Positions 9,914-19,760 of a DNA stretch of 64,000 nucleotides are shown in pieces. The notes beneath the pieces are model-generated. The model was given only the letters and a program-made list of their open reading frames with translations. It was not told the DNA's origin and made no database searches. Both the position numbers and the translations under genes were made by a program. Each line of letters starts with the position of its first letter. Position 1 is the stretch's first letter. The DNA comes from a virus (lineage: Duplodnaviria; Caudoviricetes), in IMG/VR virus record IMGVR_UViG_3300014205_000174; one strand, 5' to 3'.

Positions 9914-10318
9914 TCACGCTTCATGTTGTTCGTGTTTTAGTGAATCAAGTACTTTGGTTAAAAACGCGGATTCAGCCAGTTCGTATGTAGCAAATCTGCC
10001 GAAATCCGACCGTCTTGTTACCACAGTTGGTGAGATTGTTCTGTGAGTAGAAAATATATAGTGCGTTGACGCAATACTGGGCTCTAGTCGAATTACTACA
10101 TGCACGCCCATAACATCCCTGAGCCACTTCAAAGCCAAGGCGACTGTTGGCCTGGAAATATCGAGCGGCCCTTCCCATTTCTGGGTTCTGGTATCAGGGC
10201 CAGCAAAAGTTATATTCCAGGAATTGTTGAAATAACTCCAGCCGTCGGCTGTCTTCCAGTCAAAACCAAGTTTTTTCAGCAACTGGGCTTGTTCAAAATC
10301 TACTAATTGAAGTTCCAT
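9914..10318 (-). CDS. Phage hypothetical protein (paralogue family A)
   Basis: LVDFEQA.LLK..GFDW...PTVALALKWLR shared with 15385 and 16363. Confidence 0.7.
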   Translation of the reverse strand: MELQLVDFEQAQLLKKLGFDWKTADGWSYFNNSWNITFAGPDTRTQKWEGPLDISRPTVALALKWLRDVMGVHVVIRLEPSIASTHYIFSTHRTISPTVVTRRSDFGRFATYELAESAFLTKVLDSLKHEQHEA

Positions 10319-10325
10319 TTCGTTT

Positions 10326-10961
10326 TTATGATTTATGTTTTACTACCCTCTCTACTGCTATACCGGCATCAATCAAAGAACTGTATTCCCCACACCCACA
10401 GTCATACGCCTGCTTAGCAGAGCCGTCTGGCCGCACACTGGAGCGCAGGAAATCTATAATCTTCCGGAAGAAGGAGGGGCTTACAAACGATATGGCACTC
10501 CGGCTTTTAGAGTTATCGCACTCGGGGAATCGGGCATTGATTTCATCGGCCCAAGGTGAAACAACACATAGGTGAAACAACACAATCCCTTTACCTATAT
10601 AAATTTGTACATCCCTGGGCTGACCACCTAAATAAAGTTTTTCTATCTTTTCGTTATCGATACCGCAAATTTTAGCTACTTCAATGGCATCCTCATCGTC
10701 AATAGAGGTGAGTCGTGACAGTATCGGCCTTAATATACTCTTTGTGGGATGACCCTCCGGAAATGCATCCTTATTTTTCCCATGATACTCCGTATACGCA
10801 TCATTCAGATTACCAACGGTGCCACCTCCACTATATAAGTCAACATACCACACCCCATTGGTGCCCACTCGCTCTAGCACCCCTTGCCCGGAATAGGTGT
10901 ATACCTCGCATCCTAAATACGCACCGGCAGCCTGAGCTGTAAATCTGTTTTCTGTGTTCAT
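10326..10961 (-). CDS. Phage hypothetical protein (paralogue family B)
   Basis: AGAYL...IDFLR...YDCG...SLIDAGIA shared with the C-half of 15385. Confidence 0.7.
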   Translation of the reverse strand: MNTENRFTAQAAGAYLGCEVYTYSGQGVLERVGTNGVWYVDLYSGGGTVGNLNDAYTEYHGKNKDAFPEGHPTKSILRPILSRLTSIDDEDAIEVAKICGIDNEKIEKLYLGGQPRDVQIYIGKGIVLFHLCVVSPWADEINARFPECDNSKSRSAISFVSPSFFRKIIDFLRSSVRPDGSAKQAYDCGCGEYSSLIDAGIAVERVVKHKS

Positions 10962-11078
10962 TTTTTTTTACTGTTTGTAGGAACCGCTAAACGGGCTGTG
11001 TTTTTCCCTATCATGACTTATTTGACCTTCTAATAAAAAGGCTTTACTATGGTTTGCTGTTTCCATTTTACTTAATAA

Positions 11079-11094
11079 AGCAAATTACGTGCCA
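11079..11094 (-). promoter_or_regulatory. Sigma-54-type promoter
   Basis: TGGCACG-TAAT-TTGCT, intergenic, facing the - strand operon. Confidence 0.75.
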
Positions 11095-11098
11095 AATT

Positions 11099-11124
11099 AA
11101 AAAACCCCACCTTTCGGCGGGGTT
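11099..11124 (-). terminator. Intrinsic terminator
   Basis: AACCCCGCC-GAAA-GGTGGGGTT followed by a T-run on the - strand. Confidence 0.65.
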
Positions 11125-11265
11125 AAGTGCTGCTGAGCAGCAAGACGGAGCACTCGTATAGTTACCTAAAAATAAGTTTCGTTTTTCCAATAAAGGATGA
11201 GTAGTAAAACAAATATAGTTAAACATTACGAAACTAATTCAATAAAATGTATTAAATTTGGTAAC

Positions 11266-12459
11266 ATGCAATTAGTTGAGCGACATATTTTTGTAGGCAA
11301 TAAGGCGATGGAGCAAATCTGTCACAATGCCGGTTTGTTGCAAAACTTCACTAATTACCATATCAAGCAAGCGGTCTTAGGTTACCAGGAGCGCTTTTCG
11401 GAATATGAGTTTACGGGACTATGCGCTGAGTTCAGCCAACCGGACTACAAGAATCTACCCGCACAAACTGCGCAGCAGGTTGTAAAGAAGGTATTTAAGA
11501 ATTGGAAAGGTTTTTTTGCGGCAATGAAAGCCCGTACAAAAGACCCTTCTAAATTCAAAGGAAAGCCTAAGTACCCCGGATATAAGAAGGGTAAAAAGCT
11601 GGCCCTTGTTACGTTCACGAGCCAGCAGATAAAAATAAAAGACGGATATATTCATTTCCCTAAAGCCACGAATATAGAGCCTGTCAAGACGCTGCATGAC
11701 AACATAGCGCAGGTGCGATTAAGTCCGCAAACAGGATGCATCATTGCCGAAGTTGTCTACGAGCAGCAAGAAGTTAAAGCCCCTGCCGATGAAAAGCTTT
11801 TTTTAAGTATAGATTTGGGGGTAAACAATTTAGCTACCGCAATCAGTAATACAGGCTTACCGCCTTTTATTATCAACGGGAAGCAGCTAAAATCAGTTAA
11901 TCAGTTCTATAACAAGAAGAAAGCAGAACTACAAACCCATATAGGCGGCAAAGGCGCATCCCGCCGCATTAATTTACTTACGTTCAGGCGTAACAAAATA
12001 GTTGAAGATTACCTGCATAAGACCAGTAGCTATATTGTTGACTACTGCGTAAAGAACAAAATCAGCATTATCGTCGTAGGGAAAAATAAACAGTGGAAAA
12101 CGAACATAAATATTGGTAAGGTAAACAACCAGAATTTTGTTCAGATTCCGCATGCGAAGCTAATTGGTAAATTAGCATACAAAGCGCAACTGGTGGGTAT
12201 AAAAATCGTGGAGCAGGAGGAGAGCTACACTAGTAAGGTAGACCATTTGGCGGGAGAAAAGATGGAGCATCACGAAAGGTATTCAGGGACAAGGGTGTCG
12301 CGCGGTCTGTTTAAAAGCGCTACAGGCAAAGTGCTGAATGCGGACGTAAATGGGGCCATAGGCATAGCGTTAAAATCAAATGTAGCTGACGAGTCATTCG
12401 TAAAAATGATAGTTAGTAGAGGCCTTGCGTTTAGGCCATGCAAAATTTGCTTTTGCTAA
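11266..12459 (+). CDS. tnpB: IS200/IS605-family RNA-guided endonuclease TnpB (no tnpA adjacent)
   Basis: MQLVERH start, RuvC-I SIDLGVNN, VVGKNKQWK, EESYTSK, RuvC-III NADVNGA; TAAATTTG -7 element at 11253-11260. Confidence 0.92.
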   Translation: MQLVERHIFVGNKAMEQICHNAGLLQNFTNYHIKQAVLGYQERFSEYEFTGLCAEFSQPDYKNLPAQTAQQVVKKVFKNWKGFFAAMKARTKDPSKFKGKPKYPGYKKGKKLALVTFTSQQIKIKDGYIHFPKATNIEPVKTLHDNIAQVRLSPQTGCIIAEVVYEQQEVKAPADEKLFLSIDLGVNNLATAISNTGLPPFIINGKQLKSVNQFYNKKKAELQTHIGGKGASRRINLLTFRRNKIVEDYLHKTSSYIVDYCVKNKISIIVVGKNKQWKTNINIGKVNNQNFVQIPHAKLIGKLAYKAQLVGIKIVEQEESYTSKVDHLAGEKMEHHERYSGTRVSRGLFKSATGKVLNADVNGAIGIALKSNVADESFVKMIVSRGLAFRPCKICFC

Positions 12460-12507
12460 ATAAATTTGTAACATATTTTACGATTTGATACATTTTTAAT
12501 AACGTAC

Positions 12508-12523
12508 AACAAATTGCGTGCCA
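12508..12523 (-). promoter_or_regulatory. Sigma-54-type promoter (near consensus), antisense to tnpB
   Basis: TGGCACG-CAAT-TTGTT. Confidence 0.55.
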
Positions 12524-12540
12524 AAAAATTGATGAACTAC

Positions 12541-12753
12541 TTAGAAATGAATATTGGCAATGGAGGCCCAAAGTCCGAATACTTTCAACAACCACACGAT
12601 TAACCCTACCACCACAACGCAATTGAGTATCTTCTTAATTGATTCAGCCATTGGAATATATGAATTGACCGCCCACAAAAGGATGCCAACTACTATAATA
12701 ACAATAATGATTTTCACTACCGGGCCTGAAGAGAGAGTTGCAGCTAGAAGCAT
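12541..12753 (-). CDS. Small two-TM membrane protein (Thivi_2564-like)
   Basis: IIVVGILLWAVNSYIPM..SIKKILN.VVVV..IVWLL.VFG pattern. Confidence 0.65.
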   Translation of the reverse strand: MLLAATLSSGPVVKIIIVIIVVGILLWAVNSYIPMAESIKKILNCVVVVGLIVWLLKVFGLWASIANIHF

Positions 12754-12801
12754 GATGATTATGGTTGATTTACCTTATATAATGAAAACCGTGCCACGAA
12801 A

Positions 12802-13011
12802 TTACGCTTGTTTGACCACATTACCATCTGCATCGTAATTAACCTTGCCATGCAGGGCCATCTGTATGCCGATATGCACCGCGTCTTCTATTATCCCTTG
12901 CATCTCGTAATAATAACCAGAGCCAGGTGCAAATTGGCCCGTTACGCCATTCCATTTGTCAAGTTCATTAAGCGCAAACCTTTCGGCATCTGCTATTTTC
13001 CCCCTTTCCAT
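12802..13011 (-). CDS. Hypothetical protein
   Basis: Start overlaps the upstream stop. Confidence 0.6.
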   Translation of the reverse strand: MERGKIADAERFALNELDKWNGVTGQFAPGSGYYYEMQGIIEDAVHIGIQMALHGKVNYDADGNVVKQA

Positions 13012-13454
13012 TACTTGCTGGATTTAAAATCATAAACAATAGTATCCCCGTCATAGTAGGTTGTCTCCCAGGTAGGATGCACATTGCATACCGATGCACC
13101 CATGAGCACGTTCAAATTACAATGGCAGTTTCCGCCCACTACATACCCTAATTTGCCAGCAACATCTACCACCATGCCCAGCCTTAGAGCGGGAATCCCT
13201 CTCTTTTCGCAGATTCGCGCAAACATATCTGCATCCTCAAAGAAATGTTCCGGCTTCACCTCACCCAATGACTTTGACTTAATATGCGAAAGACACTTCT
13301 CGTAAGGAGCAAGGGAATCGCAATGATGCTGCCAGAACCTATACCTTGCCTGTGAGCTACTTGACGCTATATGCGTACTTACGAGGTCAAAACCTTCAAA
13401 ATAATTTTCTATCCTGCATTCGTATGTTCTTATTTTAGCTGCTTGCTTCTTCAT
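13011..13454 (-). CDS. Hypothetical protein
   Basis: ORF in operon. Confidence 0.6.
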   Translation of the reverse strand: MKKQAAKIRTYECRIENYFEGFDLVSTHIASSSSQARYRFWQHHCDSLAPYEKCLSHIKSKSLGEVKPEHFFEDADMFARICEKRGIPALRLGMVVDVAGKLGYVVGGNCHCNLNVLMGASVCNVHPTWETTYYDGDTIVYDFKSSK

Positions 13455-13455
13455 G

Positions 13456-13992
13456 TTATTCTGGTTTTCTATCTGTTAGTACTGCTGGCGCTGCCGGGAG
13501 TGATTGCCATAACGTTGCTTTAAATCCTATGCCCGGAACAGCAAATTCGTGGTACGCTACTCCTCCTCTCCTACCCTGATAAGTACCGCCAAAAATTCGG
13601 CCATTGTAATGCTCATCGCGCGATTCAACAATAAACGCACATGGTTGGTGCTCAACAGGCGGATTCACATCTGCGTCTATCCATTCTAATTGACCACTCC
13701 TCCCTATAGCATACCACTTCCTGGCTATTCCCTTAAAATGGCCCTGCACATCATTTAACCAGGATATTTCAGCACTGCCGTCATTATGCAATGTAGAGTA
13801 CTCCGCTTCAATTGCTTGCTCAACTTTATCCGGCGTCTGTGATTTTATCCGGTATTCAACATACTGATTCAGCATATCAATGCAGTCTTCGTGGCTCGGC
13901 TGCTCAAACTGGGTATCTGTCCTGTATTTGCTGTACTTTTTATACATGTAATCATGCATAAATTCACCTGCTGTCATTATCTTACTTTCCAT
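13456..13992 (-). CDS. Hypothetical protein
   Basis: ATG 13992 preferred; W...PP...WQSLPAAP C-terminal module common in phages. Confidence 0.55.
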   Translation of the reverse strand: MESKIMTAGEFMHDYMYKKYSKYRTDTQFEQPSHEDCIDMLNQYVEYRIKSQTPDKVEQAIEAEYSTLHNDGSAEISWLNDVQGHFKGIARKWYAIGRSGQLEWIDADVNPPVEHQPCAFIVESRDEHYNGRIFGGTYQGRRGGVAYHEFAVPGIGFKATLWQSLPAAPAVLTDRKPE

Positions 13993-13993
13993 T

Positions 13994-14422
13994 CTATTTC
14001 TTGTTTTTAATATCGTAAAGCTGAGAGGTAGTGAAGTACTCACTACCGGCCCCGTAATGTATTTTAGTGGAAATCCAAACTAAATTATGCGGGTCTTGGA
14101 CACCTTTATGCTCACCATAAGGCACATCACCAAGATACCTTACGAACTGGTTATTATGCAGCCACTGGGCAAAATCTCTTGCAGCGTCATCAGAGACAAC
14201 CATGTTATCCATTCTGTAACGATGATACGCCTCACAATATGCGATAACATCTTCCTTGCCAAACGGAAGGGTAAAATCCTGTTCCTTGATTAGCCACGCT
14301 CGGGCTGTTAATGTCTCACTCATATTGACCATGTATTGCTTGTTTGTATTTTTCTTTTCTATAAATAACCGCCCGCTGAAGAGACTGCCTGACGCTATCG
14401 AATGCTTCCACATTATACCCAC
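13994..14422 (-). CDS. Hypothetical protein (true start probably ~14332)
   Basis: ORF in operon. Confidence 0.5.
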   Translation of the reverse strand: MGIMWKHSIASGSLFSGRLFIEKKNTNKQYMVNMSETLTARAWLIKEQDFTLPFGKEDVIAYCEAYHRYRMDNMVVSDDAARDFAQWLHNNQFVRYLGDVPYGEHKGVQDPHNLVWISTKIHYGAGSEYFTTSQLYDIKNKK

Positions 14423-14702
14423 GCTCCAAGCATAAGTATAGATGGTTTATAAGCTCATCCTGGGCTTTTATCAGAGCGTGTGTGGCGGAAAATATCGACA
14501 GAAAGTCTATATCTTTATCTCCTTCTGGCAGATAAATAACATAACTGGTCGCTGTTGGTGGCTGCGCCGTTATTCTTATCTGAGCTTTCATCTGAAAGCA
14601 CGAAACAACTAGTAGTAGTGTGATGATTGTTTTCATTTTTCTGTTTTTGAACCGACTGTACATATCCCACAAAGGAGAAGAACTACAACTATTATTATGC
14701 AA
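14316..14702 (-). CDS. Putative exported protein (true start probably MKTII)
   Basis: Signal-peptide-like MKTIITLLLVVSCFQMKAQ; immediately downstream of the endolysin. Confidence 0.5.
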   Translation of the reverse strand: MHNNSCSSSPLWDMYSRFKNRKMKTIITLLLVVSCFQMKAQIRITAQPPTATSYVIYLPEGDKDIDFLSIFSATHALIKAQDELINHLYLCLERGYNVEAFDSVRQSLQRAVIYRKEKYKQAIHGQYE

Positions 14703-14733
14703 ATAAATCTAAATTCCATACTTAATGTTTTTA

Positions 14734-15381
14734 CTACCCACACAGGGCGTTATATATTCTCTGCGTATGCTCCGCCCTTTCCTTAAGGCCTAGAAGCCCG
14801 GCATTTATTTTTCTTGTCACGCCTGTAACGGATATCCGGTCAACGCCCTTGTCGCACAACGCCCATATCTTATTGGCAGTAAAGAACCATGCACCGCTAA
14901 GCAGGTTGTACGGAGCTGTCGCTACCAGGTCGGGATTACCCATGATATCAACCGGAACAGGATTGTTCTTATTCAGCCAGTTATGAAAAGCCTGGTAATT
15001 AGATTTACCTGTTAGTTGGATGTATCCACGCCCCCTGTATTTCCAGCCATCCCCGGACGCCTCGTCACCATTACCATTGCGGTTGGCATACACCCTATTG
15101 GCTATTTTCTCTGGCTTACGCACATATGGAGTGGCGTCTTCAATGGAAGTAAAGTACTTCCTCCATAAAGCTGGTTTCTCCGGGTCTGTAGAAAACAAGG
15201 CCGGCAACTTATAATGCAAGTCCTCCGACATTAGTTTAAAGTTTCCGGATTCAGTGGCCGCCTGGCCAAGGAAATTGGACAGCCTCCTAGGGCCATCTAT
15301 GCCGGCTTTACTAAGAAAGTCCGGGGTGAGCGCTAAGCGTACATTGTCTGGGATTACACCAGTGAGTTTGTTTATGTCCAT
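14734..15381 (-). CDS. Glycoside hydrolase family 19 endolysin
   Basis: FLGQ...ES, ANRVYA.R.GNG, GDGWKYRGRGYIQLTGKSNY, TRKINAG..GL.ER. Confidence 0.9.
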   Translation of the reverse strand: MDINKLTGVIPDNVRLALTPDFLSKAGIDGPRRLSNFLGQAATESGNFKLMSEDLHYKLPALFSTDPEKPALWRKYFTSIEDATPYVRKPEKIANRVYANRNGNGDEASGDGWKYRGRGYIQLTGKSNYQAFHNWLNKNNPVPVDIMGNPDLVATAPYNLLSGAWFFTANKIWALCDKGVDRISVTGVTRKINAGLLGLKERAEHTQRIYNALCG

Positions 15382-15384
15382 TGT

Positions 15385-16353
15385 TTATGATTTTATACTG
15401 TTACTATTAATGGCAATTCCTGCGTCTATCAAACTGGGTATATGCGCATAACCGCAGTCGTAATTCTTCTGGCGTAAGTGGTCGATTGCATAATGCGGTA
15501 GATAAACTGTCGGCTGGGCACTTACGCCCTCATCCTCCCCGGTAAAGTACATACTGCCGTCATGCCGCAGGTTAAACGAGCCTTCAAAACAAATGCAGGT
15601 GTGCTTTACCTCTACTCTGTCTGGATGCCTGATGATGTCGTCCACACGGAAATCAGCGATGATATTATCCCAGTCCTCTTTGAAGTCCGGGTGATAACTG
15701 GCCAGCTTCGCAGCCTGTACAATATGCTCATCCGTTATTTCAGGAATAGGGGTAAGAATTAGCTTGCAGGCACCTATTTTAGCAGTACGAAATATCTTAT
15801 ACTGTTGGTGACACAAAATAATACCATTTGAAATGCCCGAATCTAAGCTAGTCCCTACTATATTGTATACGCCTTTGCGCATTATCATCTGAGCATTCAA
15901 ATAAGCTCCTGCAATCTGGATTGTTAGTCTCTGCTTCACTGTTGGTCGTTTTTTATTATTTAATAATATTTTAAGCACATGCGTTAGCCCTGCGGATTCA
16001 GCTTCGGCAGATGTATCATATGTCTCTGTAGCCTTTGCTAAGTAAAACTTATTTTCTCTGGAAATAGTCCATTGCCATCTTTTTTCACATATACCAAACA
16101 GAAAAATTCTCTTCTCCTCGCGAAGCCATGAAATCGCCATTAATAAAGGAGGGCGGCTAACCCATTGCGCTCCTATATCATTATGCTTTTTTAAAACACG
16201 CGACACTTCTTCATTGTATCTCTTTAGTTTTTTTGTCTTAAACTTAAACAGATGATATGTAGTCCAATTGAATCCTACTTCTTTAAGCATCTTTGCCTGC
16301 TCAAATGATACAAGCGGCAACTCTATTTCTGTATGCATTAACCCCTGTCCCAT
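15385..16353 (-). CDS. Fusion of paralogue families A and B
   Basis: N-half like 9914/16363, C-half like 10326. Confidence 0.7.
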   Translation of the reverse strand: MGQGLMHTEIELPLVSFEQAKMLKEVGFNWTTYHLFKFKTKKLKRYNEEVSRVLKKHNDIGAQWVSRPPLLMAISWLREEKRIFLFGICEKRWQWTISRENKFYLAKATETYDTSAEAESAGLTHVLKILLNNKKRPTVKQRLTIQIAGAYLNAQMIMRKGVYNIVGTSLDSGISNGIILCHQQYKIFRTAKIGACKLILTPIPEITDEHIVQAAKLASYHPDFKEDWDNIIADFRVDDIIRHPDRVEVKHTCICFEGSFNLRHDGSMYFTGEDEGVSAQPTVYLPHYAIDHLRQKNYDCGYAHIPSLIDAGIAINSNSIKS

Positions 16354-16362
16354 TGTTATCTA

Positions 16363-16755
16363 CTATTTATTGGTCAATAATTCAAGCGCCTTTGTCAACC
16401 CATCGGATTCGGCAAAGGTGCCGGATTCTGTTATGCCGTCTCCTTGTATTTCTGTAATTGCACCCGCAATAAATTGCTGAATGAAAAAACAATAATACAA
16501 ACCCGCGACCGTTGGGCGCATCTTTACGTACACATGCACCCGACGCTCTTCGCGCAGCCACTGCAATGCCAGCGCCACCGTAGGGCAAGAAATCCACTGC
16601 GCTCCTGTAGCATTGTGATTTTTAAGCACACCGATAGTTTCGGTAAAGTTTTTTAATGCTTTGGTCTTAAACATATATAGTTTATACGTAGGCCAGTCAA
16701 ACCCTGCCTCTTTCAGCATCTTAGCTTGTTCGAAATCCACTAATAATAGCTCCAT
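16363..16755 (-). CDS. Phage hypothetical protein (family A)
   Basis: LVDFEQAKMLKEAGFDW; PTVALALQWLR. Confidence 0.7.
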   Translation of the reverse strand: MELLLVDFEQAKMLKEAGFDWPTYKLYMFKTKALKNFTETIGVLKNHNATGAQWISCPTVALALQWLREERRVHVYVKMRPTVAGLYYCFFIQQFIAGAITEIQGDGITESGTFAESDGLTKALELLTNK

Positions 16756-17178
16756 ACTATTTTTTATTTTTTAACCAGGTTTCACTCATTTGTCGGCCGC
16801 GTTGGCCACCATTACTTTGAACCAGTACACGGCAATTACTTTCCGGACACTCCACTACTACCATTGGCGATATTGACGTCCGGCCCTGCTTTGTATAGAT
16901 GTGGCACAAACTTTCATATACACTCACATGCAGCCTTATCCAGCCACTACCGACACGCTGGAAATACTGCCTCTCCTTTGGTTTGTTCTCCATTTTACTT
17001 TTTGATTTTGTGCATAACGACAACATCCTCATGGATGGCATCTATCCAATACCCGGCACTTACTATTTGAAATAACTTAAACCACATCCTTTGTTCTGGA
17101 TTAAAATTCAACCCTAATCGACTTATTTCCGGCTTGGCATTAGTGTCTAATACTATTTGTATTTGATTCTCCATTGAT

Positions 17179-17415
17179 TTACTTTTTATAGTCTACAGAT
17201 TTCGGATGATATGCCTCATTTATCAGGCTGTCTGCCTGATGAGCATAATAGCTAGCGCTATCAATGTTCCCGGAAGCTTCAAATATCACACTTTTATGCC
17301 GGCACGACTGCGCTGCATGTAGCTTCTGCCGGTCTTTATAATCCATGTAAAAAACATAGAACGTAAATGTGCAAATTAAGGCACCGAGTAGCGAACTATA
17401 TATTATGTTTTTCAT
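17179..17415 (-). CDS. Small membrane-anchored protein
   Basis: N-terminal TM segment. Confidence 0.5.
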   Translation of the reverse strand: MKNIIYSSLLGALICTFTFYVFYMDYKDRQKLHAAQSCRHKSVIFEASGNIDSASYYAHQADSLINEAYHPKSVDYKK

Positions 17416-17433
17416 TTGATTTTATTAAATAGG

Positions 17434-17913
17434 TTAATTTTTAAAGCAGATAATTTTTATAGCCGTCGTTGTCCCGTCTGAATTAGTAGACCAGTTTTCT
17501 ATTGGCCAAGTTGAGTGGGGCACACCTGGGTAGTAATCAGCCGGAACAATCATGACTATTTTTCTACCGAGCATAACAACGCTTCTTATTTTATCGACAT
17601 GCGCCTGCAAGTCTATTCCATTACCGAATGGCGGATTTGATATACACCCATGATAATCGTCATCATGAAAAGAAAGCAAGAAATCGCCTATTTCATAATT
17701 TTCAGCAACGCTCCTTAAATCGTCCTCGTATTCCGGATTTATCTCCACCGCATAAACACCAACATTTTTGTTCCGATTTTTTACAGCCCGCACTAACGCT
17801 CCACGGCCTGCGCTAGGCTCCAGAATTACATCTCCCGCCCTCGCGTCTAGTATATCCGCCATCTGCGCAGCTACATGTTCTGGAGTAAAGAACTTTTCGT
17901 AATTTCTATTCAT
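17434..17913 (-). CDS. Small N6-adenine DNA methyltransferase-like protein
   Basis: FFTP, motif I LEPSAGRG, motif IV NPPF. Confidence 0.8.
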   Translation of the reverse strand: MNRNYEKFFTPEHVAAQMADILDARAGDVILEPSAGRGALVRAVKNRNKNVGVYAVEINPEYEDDLRSVAENYEIGDFLLSFHDDDYHGCISNPPFGNGIDLQAHVDKIRSVVMLGRKIVMIVPADYYPGVPHSTWPIENWSTNSDGTTTAIKIICFKN

Positions 17914-17938
17914 TATAGTTCTGTTTTATATTTATTTA

Positions 17939-19645
17939 TTAAAAAGGGGCATCTTCATCCAAACTTTTGTTCCGCTTGGTATCCGGTTTATCTTCCCATC
18001 CGGGAACCTTACCTACAGTATCATCATCCCAGTTTACGTTATTGCGATTATGCGTCTGAAATCCCCCAGGTATAAACATTTTTGAGCCACTAAAGTCGCT
18101 GTAATCACGTTTTATACCAGCATGCGGGTTAGGCGTTGGCCCGCTATTATGTGACCCTGCGGCATAATTACCCGAAGGTGGCGTATTCCCACCCCCGCCA
18201 GGGCCGGCATAAGCGGCACTGCCAAACGGGTTGTACTCCATATCCACGAACTTCTGGTATTCCTTGATAAACCTTACCTTTTCCATACCAGTACTGCCAT
18301 TACGATGCTTGGCAATATAGATATGTGTTTCCCCCTCAATGGTCTCGCCCATTGCATCACTGGTAATGCCGTGGTACTCTGGGCGGTAAAGGAACATGAC
18401 CATATCTGCATCCTGCTCTATAGCTCCGGACTCACGAAGGTCACTTAACTGCGGTATCTTGGATTCTTTACGAGTCTCCACGGAACGATTTAATTGGGAG
18501 AGGGCTATAATAGGTACTTCCAGTTCTTTGGCCAGGGCCTTCAGGTCACGGGATATCTTACTTATTTCCTGCTCCCTGTTCCCGTTTTTGTTTTCTGAAC
18601 TACCGTGCATCAACTGGAGGTAATCAATCAGTATAAGCTCTATTTTATGTTTTTGCTTTAATCTTCTGGCCTTGGCTCTGAGCTCAAACATATTCAGGGC
18701 CGCCTGGTCATCAATAAATATTTTGGCCTTGGCGAGTTTTGACATGCGCTGTGACATCTGCGCAAATTCGCTTTCATCCATTCTTCCGCGTGTAATACTT
18801 TCCATGTTCACCTCACTTACAGCGCTAAGCATCCTCTTTACTATTTGCCCCGCCCCCATCTCAAGGGAGAATACCGCCACGGGAAATTCTCGGCCAGCGT
18901 TCATAGAGGCATTCATAGCAAGATTCAGGGCAAATGCGGTTTTACCGACGGACGGACGGGCAGCAAGGATTATCAGGTCGGTTTTTTGCCAACCCGAAGT
19001 AATTCTGTCGAGGGCCGTAAATCCGGATGGAACACCGGTAATATCATCTGTCTTTTTTCTGTTCTCATCGATTTCATTCATGGTTCTGACGAGAACATCC
19101 TGCAAACTTCTAAAATTTTTGCGCAGATGCTTGTCGGTAATTTCATAAAGGCCGGACTCAGCCTTATCAAGCAGGTCAAAAACATCGGAGCTATCTTCGT
19201 AAGCATCGGCAATAACACTCCCGCTGATACGAATAAGTTCCCGCTGTATGAACTTCTCCATGACTATACGCGCATGGGCCTCTACGTGAGCACTGGAAAG
19301 TACGCTCATGGTAAGCCTGGTAAGATAGTACGCCCCGCCTATTAGCTCCAATTCACTTGTCCTTCGCAGCTCCTGAGTAATGGTCAGCAGGTCTATTGGG
19401 GTTCCTTTTTCAAACAAGTTCCGCATCGCTGCATATATCTTCTGGTGAGCGTCTACATAAAAACACTCCTCACTCTGTATTATCTCCAGTACCTGGGCGA
19501 AGGTATCTTTCTCCAGCATTGATGCCCCGAGTACGGCTTCTTCCAGTTCCGGGGCCTGCGGTGGCACTTTTCCGTAAACCATTGTAGTCAGGTCTGGTTT
19601 CCTGCTCCTTGTGCTGCCAAAATCTTTCTTAATATTTACCGACAT
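17939..19645 (-). CDS. dnaB: Replicative DNA helicase DnaB (host-like, Bacteroidota type)
   Basis: GKVPPQA.ELEEAVLG, Walker A AARPSVGKT, FSLEM, IDYLQL, SQLNR, DLRESGAIEQDAD, IAKHRNG. Confidence 0.97.
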   Translation of the reverse strand: MSVNIKKDFGSTRSRKPDLTTMVYGKVPPQAPELEEAVLGASMLEKDTFAQVLEIIQSEECFYVDAHQKIYAAMRNLFEKGTPIDLLTITQELRRTSELELIGGAYYLTRLTMSVLSSAHVEAHARIVMEKFIQRELIRISGSVIADAYEDSSDVFDLLDKAESGLYEITDKHLRKNFRSLQDVLVRTMNEIDENRKKTDDITGVPSGFTALDRITSGWQKTDLIILAARPSVGKTAFALNLAMNASMNAGREFPVAVFSLEMGAGQIVKRMLSAVSEVNMESITRGRMDESEFAQMSQRMSKLAKAKIFIDDQAALNMFELRAKARRLKQKHKIELILIDYLQLMHGSSENKNGNREQEISKISRDLKALAKELEVPIIALSQLNRSVETRKESKIPQLSDLRESGAIEQDADMVMFLYRPEYHGITSDAMGETIEGETHIYIAKHRNGSTGMEKVRFIKEYQKFVDMEYNPFGSAAYAGPGGGGNTPPSGNYAAGSHNSGPTPNPHAGIKRDYSDFSGSKMFIPGGFQTHNRNNVNWDDDTVGKVPGWEDKPDTKRNKSLDEDAPF

Positions 19646-19760
19646 CTCTATACATTTAAAACCCAACCACTAATAAACGAAAACCAAAAACTAAATTTCT
19701 CCTATTTCAAAAACAACCGGACTGAGAACAGTCCAGTCCCATTTACTAACCTAAAAAAAC

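Noticed and set aside
11266-12459. Nuclease-dead TnpB (TldR-like) because RuvC-II Glu is Gly
   Set aside because: Both catalytic Asp residues and the alternative EES glutamate are present.
12781-12796. Additional sigma-54 promoter TGGCACG-GTTT-TCATT
   Set aside because: The -24 box is perfect but the -12 box lacks TTGC, so it was left out of the count.
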